Of a DNA stretch of 64,000 bases, positions 12,501 to 23,960 are shown in pieces. How positions within the stretch are numbered: the first letter of the stretch is position 1; each line of letters starts with the position of its first letter. The notes below the pieces were generated by a model that was given only the letters and a program-made list of their open reading frames with translations, had not been told where the DNA came from and did no database searches. A program made the translations under genes and the position numbers. The stretch covers positions 1,066,335 to 1,130,334 of the forward strand of contig MU057521.1 of NCBI GenBank assembly GCA_013265495.1. The letters run 5' to 3'. The DNA comes from Vicugna vicugna. Lineage: Eukaryota.

Positions 12501-14160
12501 ACTTTAAGACTCTGAACTAATAGTAAATCAAGTGATTAGTACATGTCTTGTACACCTGAAACCTCTAGTTTTATATACTCTTGCCATAAGTTAGCAGGTT
12601 AAAATGGATGTAAAAACTTACTACTTTTAGAACTTTTTTAAAGATGTGTTTCATTGCAGAGGGATATGCAAGAGGACGTAAGAGGATGGGTGTATTTTGT
12701 TTTGTTCTAAATAAAATTGTCTGGTCGTCCGAGAATATGAAAGAAGATAATAGAAGACAATTTCAGGATATACCATAGATATGGAGACAAGGAAAAAGTA
12801 AGTTTAAGAGCCTGGGCTTATAATACCTACATATAATGAATTTGAAATAAGCAAAGAAATATGTTTAAAATGTTTGCAAAGTTGACTCAATGATGATTGA
12901 TTTATTCATAAGATGGAAAGAAGCTTGTGCATCATTTACTACAAATGGCTACATGGATGGTAATCAAAAAAAGTAAAATAAGAACTTGGGTCTCCTTCTG
13001 TTAAAATGATAAAGTGATCCTTGTGTATATAGAATGCTGCTAACAAAAACAAAGACAAAAGAGAACAGCTAAAAGGTATTCTGTGTCCAGACATCACTGG
13101 TTCTTTTTCTTAGTAAAATGCTGTGTAACTCGTTTTTGTCACATTTTTGTATCAAATTTAACAAGGTGCCTTTAGTTTCAAAATAGAGTTCCAAATAATC
13201 ATTTTTGTGTATTGCAGTGTTTCCTTTATATATTACCTGCAACCATTTCTTATCTTCACACATCTATGACTGAAGCTCCTCTAACTCTTTTTAGTATTGC
13301 CTTTCCTAAATTTAGGACTCAAAATCAGAATTCCAACACTGTAAAGCTATCTCTTATACCTACATCATCTTTGGAGATTCCCAGATGTCCACTGGGTATC
13401 ACAAAGATATGCTCTCTCACCTTTTAACATAGGAGATAATGGAAATAATATGGCATTCTCTGGTTTTAATGTAATCACACTATTATGTCCACAGTATGAA
13501 ATGTCAGCAAGTCAAAAAGCTGAACTTCTCTGTGTTCATTACATACAAATAAAATGTTAATGATATAAATGTTTTGGTAACTATGAAATTTTATGTTCAT
13601 AAGGATGTTATGTTACATTCATGTTACAAAGATGGGCACTATGACTGTCAATAAATAGATTAATTCTTATAAAGACCCTCCTTTTGTATACAAATACTGT
13701 TGTCAACTGATGACCATCAGAATACACTTTATGAGACAAATGAAAGACTCTGGAGATTTGACAACACCCTCACTGTTTATAATGTGTTTCTACTCTCACG
13801 ATAAGCATTAACTAAATCTTTATAAATCCATTGCATATTGCACCTCAATAGAGGATTCTACTTTCTGCACTCTGACAGTGTTGGTTATTATAATAAGTTA
13901 ACCAGAACTTTTGAGTCTTATTATCCACAAATATTTTCTACTTTTCCCTTACACTCACCTAAAGTTCCCTGCTACAAGCACAGATCAGAAATTGAGTCTT
14001 TTAAGGGGGGAAAAAATATATATATATATTGAACTTCAGGAAAGGACTGAACTAGATACTTGGGAAATTACAAGTTGAAATTACAAGGAGTAGACTCAAG
14101 GGCCCCATTATAAGACAACATCTCCACTGCACTCCATGAAACTGTCAAAAGAATGAACTG

Positions 14161-14299
14161 GGCCGGGGAGCAGTGGGGTATAGCCCACTGGGAGAGTACG
14201 TGCTTAGCATGCAGAAGGTCCTGGGTTCAATCCCCAGTCCCTCCATTAAAAATAAATAAACAAGTAAACCTAATTACCTACCCCCACCAAAAAAAAAAA
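14161..14299 (+). mobile_element. tRNA-Ala(AGC)-derived SINE (camelid Vic-1-like)
   Basis: tRNA-like head at 14175-14245 (cttagcatg anticodon loop, ggttcaatccc B box), then aaataaataaac...cctaattacctacccc and poly(A). Confidence 0.8.
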
Positions 14300-15299
14300 G
14301 TAAAGGAGACTGAATCAGGATGCCCAGAACTTTCCCCTCCAAAAGTGACTTCATGGAGATAAACTGTTTAGTCTGAGATCAACAAAACACAAATTAACTC
14401 CCTAGAAGTAAATGAATGGGATGAACTGATTTAATTGTGGCCAGCGTTCTATTTTAAATGCTCAGGTGGAGAAAACTCTTTTCTTTCTTCTTAATCCAGC
14501 ACCAACCCTCAATTTAACAGGTTACACTTGTTCAAACTGGTATGAAGCCCTCTTGAAATGCTATGTTGCTCCAACTGGACCTTCAGGATTGGGGTAAGGG
14601 GAATTCCATGAAAGATCTTAACGCAGATTATAAATTAATAAATCATGAGGGGAAACAGGAATAATCATTCTGCTAAAAAAAAACAGTAAAACAATAAAAC
14701 AATGGCAACAATGGTTAAATATTTTTCGAAGTACCTTTACCAAGTCCCTTCACTCCCTGTAACTATGGTTATTATTTGCGTAGATTCAATAAGAATGTGT
14801 TTGTTTTCCAACCCAGTGTAAAATTGGATAAGTCAAATCAAATCAAATCCGTATTATGATCTGAAAAGATACTGCAAATAAATAACTGTGTATGAGATCT
14901 TGGAGCATTCTCTTACCCGGTTCATAGAGGGGAAAAAAAAGATGAATAGAAGACTGCTTATGGTAACGGCTTTCCCTAGCCTGCCCGGGCTGTTTTGGGT
15001 GTTACCTGCTTGTGTCAATCATGCCAACTTGAGCTGCCAATGTTCTAAATATATTTGTCCAAGACTGAATAAGTGTCTTCTGGGGGAAAAAATCTATACT
15101 ATGATCATGCCAGAATTCTCTACTAACAGAGTAGGATGAGCCCAAGGACTGCGCCTTCACATTCTGAACAAGACCATCCACGTCCTGCCACGAACTGGGT
15201 CTGCAAGCTGCCCCGTGGCTTATGGAGCCCCTGCCCCAAAGGCAGGCCAGGAACCTCGACAGACAAGGGGGTGTCAGGGAAAGATGAGACCCAGAGGCA

Positions 15300-15800
15300 C
15301 CATGGTGGCTACTTTTATTTGTCAGTGTATCTGGATCACAGGATGCCCAAATGTTGATAAATGGCATTTCTGGGTATGTTTCCAGATGAGATTAGACTGA
15401 GTGAAACAGACAGCTCTCCCCAGTGCGGGTGGGCCTCATCTGGTCCGTTGAGGGCCTGAACGGAGCACAAGTATGGAGGAAAGGAAAGTTCCGTCTCTGC
15501 CTGTTTAAGCTGGGACATCAGCAGTCTTCTGCTCTCAGACCATGACTTACACCACCAGTGCTCCTGGTTCCCAGACCTCTGGACTCAGACCCTATCAGCT
15601 TTCCTGCTCGTCAGATTAAAGATAGCAGACTGTGGAACTTCCCAGTTACCACGTGAGTCAAATCCCTATAATAAATCTAACTATTTATCTATCTGCCTAC
15701 CTACCTATCCATCATCTGTCAATCATCTTATCTATCATCAATTCTCTACTATCTATCAATCTCCTATTTGTTCTGTTTCTCTGTGCTCTGACTAGTCCTT
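15300..15800 (+). mobile_element. MLT2 (ERVL) LTR
   Basis: gggtgggcctcatctggtccgttgagggcctgaa, agctgggacatcag, and an internal ctat-rich tract typical of MLT2. Confidence 0.8.
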
Positions 15801-17639
15801 ACATCCAAAAATTAAAGGTATTGAGGGCAAAGCCTGATAGAAGTGAATTGGAGGCTTCTTGGTTTCTGATCTCACTGGACAAACTGACAACGAAAGTAAA
15901 ATATTTCCAAGATATACAATTTGTGCTCCAGCGGCTTTACGAGGCCTCCAGATAAAAGTAACTTTTAAGTCTAAATATTATGTTCCTCTAGTTCTTTTGA
16001 ATGTACAACAGGAGGGTCTTTGTGTATTAAACATGTGCTACTCCTATCAAAATAAAACTCATCAAATAAAACAAAACATCATATTAATGGTACTGAATCA
16101 GAAAATCACTAAGCATCTGATGTGTTCAAATTCACACCTTCAGGGCAGGAACTTGAACAAAGGATGGACTCAGGAAGCAAAACTGGTATTTTGCTCTGCC
16201 TCCATTGTGATCAAGGGTGATGACATACTACAGTCAGGAAACAGGGAAATAAAAAAGAGAAAGAGAGAGAATTTGCACCTTGAGATAAACCAAAAATGAT
16301 AGGGGCACTCTGTCTATGTCTAGTCCACAAGATAATAAAAACTTGGGCAATTCCCACCAACACGAACTCCCCAAACAGAATACAGCTTAATGCCTGACTT
16401 TCACAATATCAGTATAGGTGGGTATGACAATCCTGCAAGAAAGTTACTGCTTTCTACCATGAACAAAGGAGTATAAATTTGACCAACTTATAATCCTGTG
16501 GCTTTCTCCCTTTATTGGCTCTTTACTTGGAGAGTTGGTCCTTTTGAAGTCTGATTCCCTTCCCCCCTTTGCAACTTCATTTTTCCCCTCATTTCTCCTT
16601 TTAAAATGTCTGTTGGTTTATCAAAGCTTAAGGGGAAAATCCCCATATTTTAATAGCCAGGCACTCCCATAGATGAGGGTTTCTCTCTCTTTGGGGGCAT
16701 GTTTTCATGTGCATCAGGAGAAGGGGCTGCTGGAACTGCTACCTCCTTCTCCCTTCCCAGAGGCACCAAAGCCACAGGCTTGAGGGGTGGCTACCGAGGG
16801 AGCATATGGCTCACCTCCGCTGAGGGCTAATTAGCTCTCTGGGGCTGCTGGTCTGCAGGGGAGGGACAGTGCAAAAGGAGATCTGTTTATTTCACTGTTA
16901 CCAAATGTCAGGGGCCCTTTGTGCAACTTGCTAAGGGACAGAGCATTTCTCATTGTGCACTTGTGAACGTCACTCTGTGCATCCCTCGTCTCATCACAAT
17001 TTCCACAAGCTCTTGCCCCACTTATGCTCAGAAAGCACAGCCGCCGACCCCCTGGAATGTGCTATAGCCGAAAAGGAAAAACCGCACTGCTATTCTTGGT
17101 CAGTTTAATACTGAGGAGCTTCAGATTCTCTATAAAATGAAAGAAATTCAATTGTGTGAGGTCACCAGGTCACAATCTCCCCGAGAACACTGCTATTCAG
17201 AGCAAAACATTCTTCTCGGAGGGGTCCTTAAAGTTTAATAACATCAGTCAGTTGCGGCAAGACCCTGTGAGCCCATAATCCCAAAATGAGCCTCTGTGTG
17301 CTGTCTATTACGGAGGTGCTCCCGTCTACCTGTGTGCAATTTTAGATCATCAAAGGTGACATTGAATGCTGTCTCCTAAATTTCAATCACAGCCTTAACC
17401 ACCCTGTGATTTAGCCAATAGCAGGTCTGTGACTCTCTGGGAACAAAAGGCCACCTTCCCAAGGCTGGAGGACACGCTTATTCCGCCGCGGGAAGCAGAG
17501 AAGCACACGCAGCAAAAACTAGGCAACGTCAAGAGTGTTTGCTTCATTGCTGCGTCGCGACACGCGATTGCTGTGTCCTCATATCGCGCTGCAGGTATTT
17601 TTATACAAACTTCTTTTTTAGTTTAAAGAATGTACACAT

Positions 17640-18360
17640 GATTGCCTCTCGTCATTAAACAGCAATCTCAGTAAAAAGTAAACTAAGTACCGAAGGAAGG
17701 GAAAAGCACATTGCTACCTACCAATGCCTCCAATAAAGAAGTATCTCAAATAACTAATGTTGAGTGAAAAAGGCAGACACAATGAGTCCTATATCAGTAA
17801 GATTCCATTCAGATGAAGCTCAAAAACAAGCAAAATTAATCTGGAATTGGCTCCCTTGGAGTGGCCTTATTGCCCAGGGGTCCTGGGGTAAAAGAAATGG
17901 TGACTGTTTGCACGCGGATGTGCATATGCAAAAATCATCAACTTTTACTGCATGTAACTTTACCGTTTGTGATGGTCTGACTGTCTGTGTCCTCCTCAAA
18001 TTCTTATGTTGAAATCTTAACCCCCAAAGGTGATGGTATGAGGAGGTGGGGCATTTGGGAGGTAATTGGTCCTGAGGAATGGGATTGGTGCCCTTATAAA
18101 AGAGACCTCACAGAGCTCTCTCCCTCCTTTCACCCTTTAAGGACACACGGAGAAGGTGCTAGCTCTGGACCAGGAAGAGAGTCTTTGCCAGAACATAACC
18201 ATGTTAGCACCTTAATCTTGGACTTCCCAGCCTCCAGAGCTACCAAGCCAAAAATCTCTGTTGTTTATAAGCCACCCAATCTGTGGTATTTTGTGGCGGC
18301 AGCCTCAATGGACTAAGATACTGTATATAACTTATGCTTCAATTTTTTAAAGTTTTTAAA
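17640..18360 (+). mobile_element. Old L1ME-like 3' end split by an MLT1 LTR
   Basis: atctcaaataactaatgttgagtgaaaaaggcagacaca; ends ctgtatataacttatgcttcaattttttaaa. Confidence 0.55.
17968..18320 (+). mobile_element. MaLR LTR (MLT1A-like)
   Basis: tgtgatggtctga...ttatgttgaaatcttaacccc...ttggacttcccagcctccaga...gactaagata; degenerate TSD ccgtt/ctgta. Confidence 0.85.
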
Positions 18361-19759
18361 AACCCACTACCTACACGCTTGAGCTCCAAAGCTGGGGCTC
18401 AAAAGACTACTCTCTACCTCTAAGGGCACGTGGCAGACCCCATCCCCTGCCACTCCTCTCACTGAATTGGCCCAGTATGGCCCAGTTGCCCCTCACAGGA
18501 GGGTGGTTGTCCCACTGTTCATTTGGCCTGTATTTCCCGTGTATAGAAATGCTGGGATGCACCCGGCTGCACAGTTCTCTGCATGCTCACCCAGCCGGAC
18601 AGTATTTCCTCCTCCTTGTGACCAAAACACTGCAGTGTGGTTGCCATCAAGATGACAGACGTGGTCTGGCATCTCCCCGCAGCCTCTGTCCCTCTCACCA
18701 TTCTTTTTTAGAAATAAATGGCCCAGACTGGTACAGTCTAACCTGCAGACTGCTCACATCTCTGCCTCTGCAGCGTCCCCTGAAACTGCCCCAGCCACTT
18801 TCTTGTCTGTTTTATTCAATTCATTTTCCATTGTTAATCATAACACGCATGTGCTAATTGGTGCCCCCTCCTCTTCTTGAGTCAGTGAGCTTGTTGGGAC
18901 CTGAAGGGGAACAGGAATGCAAAACCCTTCAGCCAAATCATGACCAGAATCAGATTTCATCTCACCCAGCCTGGCCCTGACATGCTGGTAGATAACTGCT
19001 TCTCCTCATCAATCCTGCCCGGCCAGGGCGGTGCCTCAAGATCTACAATGTGATTTGCGTCTTCAGTTACTGAAGTTCTGTCTATGTAAACCTAACAGTA
19101 CAGGGATGCTATCAGTCCACTGGGCTTTAGGATCAGGATACTTAAGCAGAAAAGAGGTAAATTTGAAGATGTCCTTTGCCAAGCTTGGAAGCAAAGCTAC
19201 ACTGAAGAATAAGCACCATTAAAGATTTTTTACTTTAGCGGGGTGACATTTTTAAATGGGAGCAGAGGAATTTTTTTCCACCGGTTTCCTTCTATTGGCA
19301 AGATCCCTTGCAACATCTTTGAGATCTGAGAGAAATAATCACCTGTGTTTTATTTTTGACTCATACCATAGACCAGTAGCAAAGGAAATCTCTGCACTTT
19401 CACTCTTTGGAAACCAGGCAATGTTCTCTGAAACCTGATGTGTGCCTTCAAAGCTCTGGCACTGGGCATGAGTTTCAAAATCATATTTTTCTCTCCAAAT
19501 AATTGTCCTTGTCTATGCTCAGTCAGGGCTTTGCTCTCCTAAATCCCCAAGTTTAAATCAAAACCCAAACACAAAGAAAACACTACTCAATTTTAGCCAC
19601 TTAAATAAAATAACTTTCCACATCCACATTAATTCTGTTCACAGGCCATGCAGGGTCAAGCATGTTATTTCTTATTTTATATCAGAGTTTTAGATTTACA
19701 AACATGATTTACATTATTTTAGTTGGTCAGCCCATATGGCAGCTTTGAAAATCAGAGCA

Positions 19760-19870
19760 GAATTATATGCCCATTTCACACGTGAAAAAAAAAACCAAAA
19801 GTCAAGGTCACTTAGCAAATACATGTCCGAGAAAGCATTTTCAGGACTTGATTTTCCAATTCATGTCATT
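19760..19870 (-). mobile_element. MIR fragment
   Basis: cccatttcacacgtgaa...caaggtcacttagcaaa. Confidence 0.45.
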
Positions 19871-20093
19871 ATTTTTTAAGTTTTACCAAATACTATGGTT
19901 TTACACTCATTTCCCCATTAGCCACCCTAAAGCATCGTTGAGAAGGTCACCATGGATGCCTGAAGGGGCGGTAACCCTATCAGAAGCCCAGGGTTCCTCA
20001 GTGTGGGCCTCGAAGTGCCTGAAAATAAACACCCTGGAATAGCTCAGCTATTCTAGATACCATTCTAGATGGGTCTATGATGGTTGGTCCTGT

Positions 20094-20750
20094 TGAGATG
20101 GGAAGGAAGGGGGCAGGGCATGGCCATTCAAGGAATGACACAGCAATTAGCACCAAAATGATGGAAGATTCAACTCCCAGTAGGCCTTAAGGCCCAAGAT
20201 GGTGGGAGATTAGACTTCCAGTAGACCTTGAGCTTCATGTACGCTCACTGTAATATATTAGCATGCTAAATCACACTCCCACAGGCGCCATGACAGTTCT
20301 GAGGCTGACGATGAAAGGTCAAAAAGTGGGTGGTAGCCCAATTACTGGGAATCCCAGCCCTTTCCTCCAGAGTAGTTTGAACAACCGTCCCACTTGTTAA
20401 CATATGGAGCTACCGAGCCCATAAAAACTAACAACTCCCGCACCTCGTGGCCACTCTCCCTTCTGAATGAGACGGCCCGCACTCTGTCTATGGAGTGTGT
20501 ATCTACTTTTACTTTAAACTGAGTACCCAACCCCCACACCTTGTGGCCTTTCTCTTGCCTTCCGAAACAGCCTGCACTATGTTTATGGAGTATGTATATC
20601 TCTGAATAAATCTACCTTTATCCAACTGCTCACTCTTGAATTTTTTCCTGTGAGAAGCCAAGGACCCACACTTGGCAGGATGAGTCCCAGGGACTCAGTT
20701 GGGACCTAGAACACACCTTCCTCTCACCTACATTCATTTTTCCTATATCA
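20094..20750 (+). mobile_element. ERV1-class solo LTR, probably lineage-specific
   Basis: TG...CA ends, 4-bp TSD ctgt/ctat, cataaaaa at 20420, AATAAA at 20605-20610, internal tandem repeats. Confidence 0.8.
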
Positions 20751-22013
20751 CTATCACTGGCAGTCCATAGACCTTGGTTACGTTGCATTTACCAAAGCCC
20801 TCGAGGTTCTATGCTTTGGGTTCTCCTTCAATGCCACAAGCCAATTATTTTCACATTTGCCTGTTACCCAAGGAAATGTGAGGCTCATAACATTTACTGT
20901 TTCTGCTGTGTATGGTTTAATATGGCGGACATGGGGCATTTGCTTAGACACACATGACTATTTCAACTAAAAGATGCCTCCTAAGTTCCCCCAAAATGTT
21001 CTGTCATGGCAAAGGCCAAAAATGCTTCCAGGTGTGTTTTGATAATATTGTCAATGGCTTTAAATATAAAATAGCCCCTCTCATAAAGGAGGAACATAGT
21101 CAACACTGCTTGGAGGCCTCACTGCCTTCAATAGCCAGTCACCCTCTTTCCTGATCAGAGAAGAAGCCACACATTGTTCTGTGAAGAGAAAGACTGAAAT
21201 GCTATCAGATAGAATGTAGGTGGGAGAACCAGTCTGACTCCCAAATCCTTTTTTTAACTTGTCAGTTGGTTCCAAGACATTACCTACTGCTATTCCCATT
21301 ACAAATCGGGGAGCCTTCTGCTATACAACAAATGAACTAAAACTCATGAGTTGGTTTCATTTCCTTTAAAGTCTGATCATTACTAAGAAGTACCAATCCT
21401 CAAGCTTATTAAAATCTAAATGTGGGCTGCTTTTAACCTGGGGCTAAGTCACTTTACTGTAAGAGAACTCAATTTGCATCTTCTCCCAGCCTCTGGGATT
21501 TTCCCTCAACTTTTCCTAGGAGCTTGAGAAGTCCCACCCCTGAGCCAGAAGCCTCGTCATGGTGAGCTCACCAGACATGGGAGGCAGGCAAGACTTGCAT
21601 CCCTGGCCCCATGAATCATCCCCGTTGCACCTTCTCACCAGTCTCAGCAAAACCCAGGCTCCTTCCACCGCCCTGAGGCTGTCTCTTAAATACAAACAAT
21701 TCTCCACTTTTGAAAACTTAATTTTGAAGCAATTGCTAGAAATGCAGAATGCATCCCCACTGTCCTCTCTCAAAACAACACCAGCCCTGAATCCAAAAAA
21801 TTGCTATTTTTGCAACTAGACAGCTCTGGCCTATTGCTAGCGTCATGAGAACCATTACAGGACAGAAAGATAAATAAATGTTTGAGCTTTTAGAGACTCT
21901 CAGTGTTTAGAGGAATGAAAAGCAGGCAGAACTGGAGGCAGCTGACACCAGGGGAGAGGTTTTCATTAGAAATAACCTGCCTACACGTTGACTGGCTTGA
22001 CTGGCTGAAATTC

Positions 22014-22310
22014 CAGTTGGCCTCTGAATCCACAGGTTCCGAATCTCAGATTCAACCAACTGCAGAGCAAAAATACATTTAAAAAAAAATCCAGAAAATT
22101 TCTAAAAGCATACATTTGAATCTGTCACATCTGGCAGCTATTTACATGAATTTACTCTGTGCTAGGTATCATAAGTAATCAAGGGTGATTTAAAGTATAT
22201 GGGAGGATGTGTGCAGTTTATGTGCAAATATTACATCATTTTATATAAGGGACTTGAACATCCTTGGATTTTGGTGTCTGTGGGGGTCCCAGGATGCTGA
22301 GAGATGACTG
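22014..22310 (+). mobile_element. Tigger3a/MER7-like MITE
   Basis: gattcaaccaac, ataagtaatc...gatttaaagtatatgggaggatgtg; related copy at 47829-48152. Confidence 0.8.
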
Positions 22311-22360
22311 CATCTTTACTCACACTGCCTAGAAATAGTCACCCTCTATTGCTGACATAT

Positions 22361-22872
22361 TGTAAAGAAAGGGCACCTTGCACATACCCATATGGGCACG
22401 CAGGTGAGACTTCACCTGCAGCTCACCTGAGTCTTGGTTTAAGGCCTTGTGATCTCCCCAGAGGCCTGTGAGGGTTGCTCAGAGGCTCCCCCCCTCCCCT
22501 CCTCACCTCCCCTAAGAGGCTGTGATGAGACATTTTCTCTTCGCCTCCCAGCTTCTGACGGGGCCTGAGGCTTCCTTCCTTGCCCCTCAGGATGGAGCTG
22601 CAGGCTATAAACCTGCTTGGCTGTTGTCCAGGATTGGCTCCTCAGCTGCAGGGCATCTCATGACCCACGCTTGGGTCAGCCTTTTGTTTTGGCATCATCC
22701 TCTTTGGTTTGTGGCATTCGGACCATGAAGAACTGGCACTTCGGTTAATCTTCCCTTCACTCTCTGTGTAACTAATAAACCGTCTACATCTAAGAGTGTC
22801 CCATTATATCTTCACCAGTCGAATCAGCCAGGGCCTGACCTTGGCCTTCTCTGGTCTTGTGCGTGCTTGACA
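22361..22872 (+). mobile_element. ERVL-class solo LTR
   Basis: TGT...ACA ends, 5-bp TSD catat/cgtat, TATAAA at 22606-22611, AATAAA at 22774-22779. Confidence 0.8.
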
Positions 22873-23169
22873 CGTATTAGTTATTTCAGATTCATTTGGG
22901 TAAGAGGGAATTCCTTAAAAATCTAAATTACCCCAGGACCCCACTATTAACTTTTGGGGGAGGAAGGGGAGTAGTTCTTAGCCTGCTCTGAGAGTATGGT
23001 ACAAGATACGGACAATTTCCCCCAGAAAAATGAGCTTGCACAAACATTTGCATGCATTTTTCTGGAGATGGATACACTGCATGGACCTCAGGCAAAAACT
23101 CTGTTCTAAGGGGATTAGGTCCTATCGATCACTCATACCATGGAATGAAACAATATTCTCAGACTGGCT

Positions 23170-23960
23170 TCCTCATATTTATTAAGATATGCACATTGGT
23201 GCTAAGCACTTGGGATGCAACAAGGGACAAAGACGGTATGTCTTCCTAGAGCATATGACAGGTCCGTCTAATGTGGAAGATGGACATTAATCACACAGTC
23301 ACATACGTAGATATATAATGTAACTGGAGTAAGTAAAAAGGGAAGTACATGGTATTGTGAGGATTTGTTGTGGAAGGATTTGACCTAGCCAGGGAGATCA
23401 GAGAAGAATCCCCTGAGAACATGAGACTTGAGCTGAGAGTTGAAGGATGGCAAAATCAGAAGGCAGCATGTGTCAAGGCCCTGTGGCAGCAGGGAGTGTG
23501 AGGGACTGAAGGAAGCCAGTGTGGCTGGAATGTAGAGAGTAAGGACAGCGTGGATGAGATGAGGCAGGAGAGGTGGATAAGGAGCAGACCAGAAGAGACT
23601 TCCAACCCTCAGTAATGAGATTTGACCCTGCTGTAAGAAAACTGAGAAGACATTATATTGGGGAGAGTGGAGTGGGGGTGCTGGTGACATCATTAGATTT
23701 GTGTTTCAAACTGTGCCTGCCATGTGGAGAATGAACTGGAATGAGGCTAGAGGAGACACGGGAGGACCACTTTGAGGACTGTGGCAGGGGGCAGGTGTGC
23801 GAATAGGGCAATATGGTGGTGTTGGAGGGAAGGGTCAGATATGAGAGCTACGTAGGAGATAAAACTAGCACTCCAGGCAGGTCTGAGCATTTTGGGTGGA
23901 GAGAGAACATTAGCACCCGGAGCATAGGACACTCTGGGCTCTGGGTCCCGGGAGAGAGGC
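23170..23960 (-). mobile_element. L2 LINE
   Basis: gtgctaagcacttgggat, tgagctgagagttgaaggatg, aaggccctgtggcag, gaaggaagccagtgtggctgga. Confidence 0.75.

Larger units (their letters stand above)
10800..14920 (+). mobile_element. Decayed ERV1 (MER4/MER34-group-like) internal region, interrupted by an L1 and a SINE
   Basis: AT-rich sequence with blocks resembling MER4-group internals (tctcaccttttaacataggagata, atgaaagactctg, ttatttgcgtagattcaataagaat); no intact ORF and no flanking LTR pair found. Confidence 0.5.

Noticed and set aside
14175..14245. tRNA-Ala gene
   Set aside because: D-arm and stems are mutated, and it continues into a SINE body and poly(A) rather than a T-run terminator
20034..20070. 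Palindrome gaatagct-c-agctattc and the repeat attctagat
   Set aside because: Short, with no supporting context
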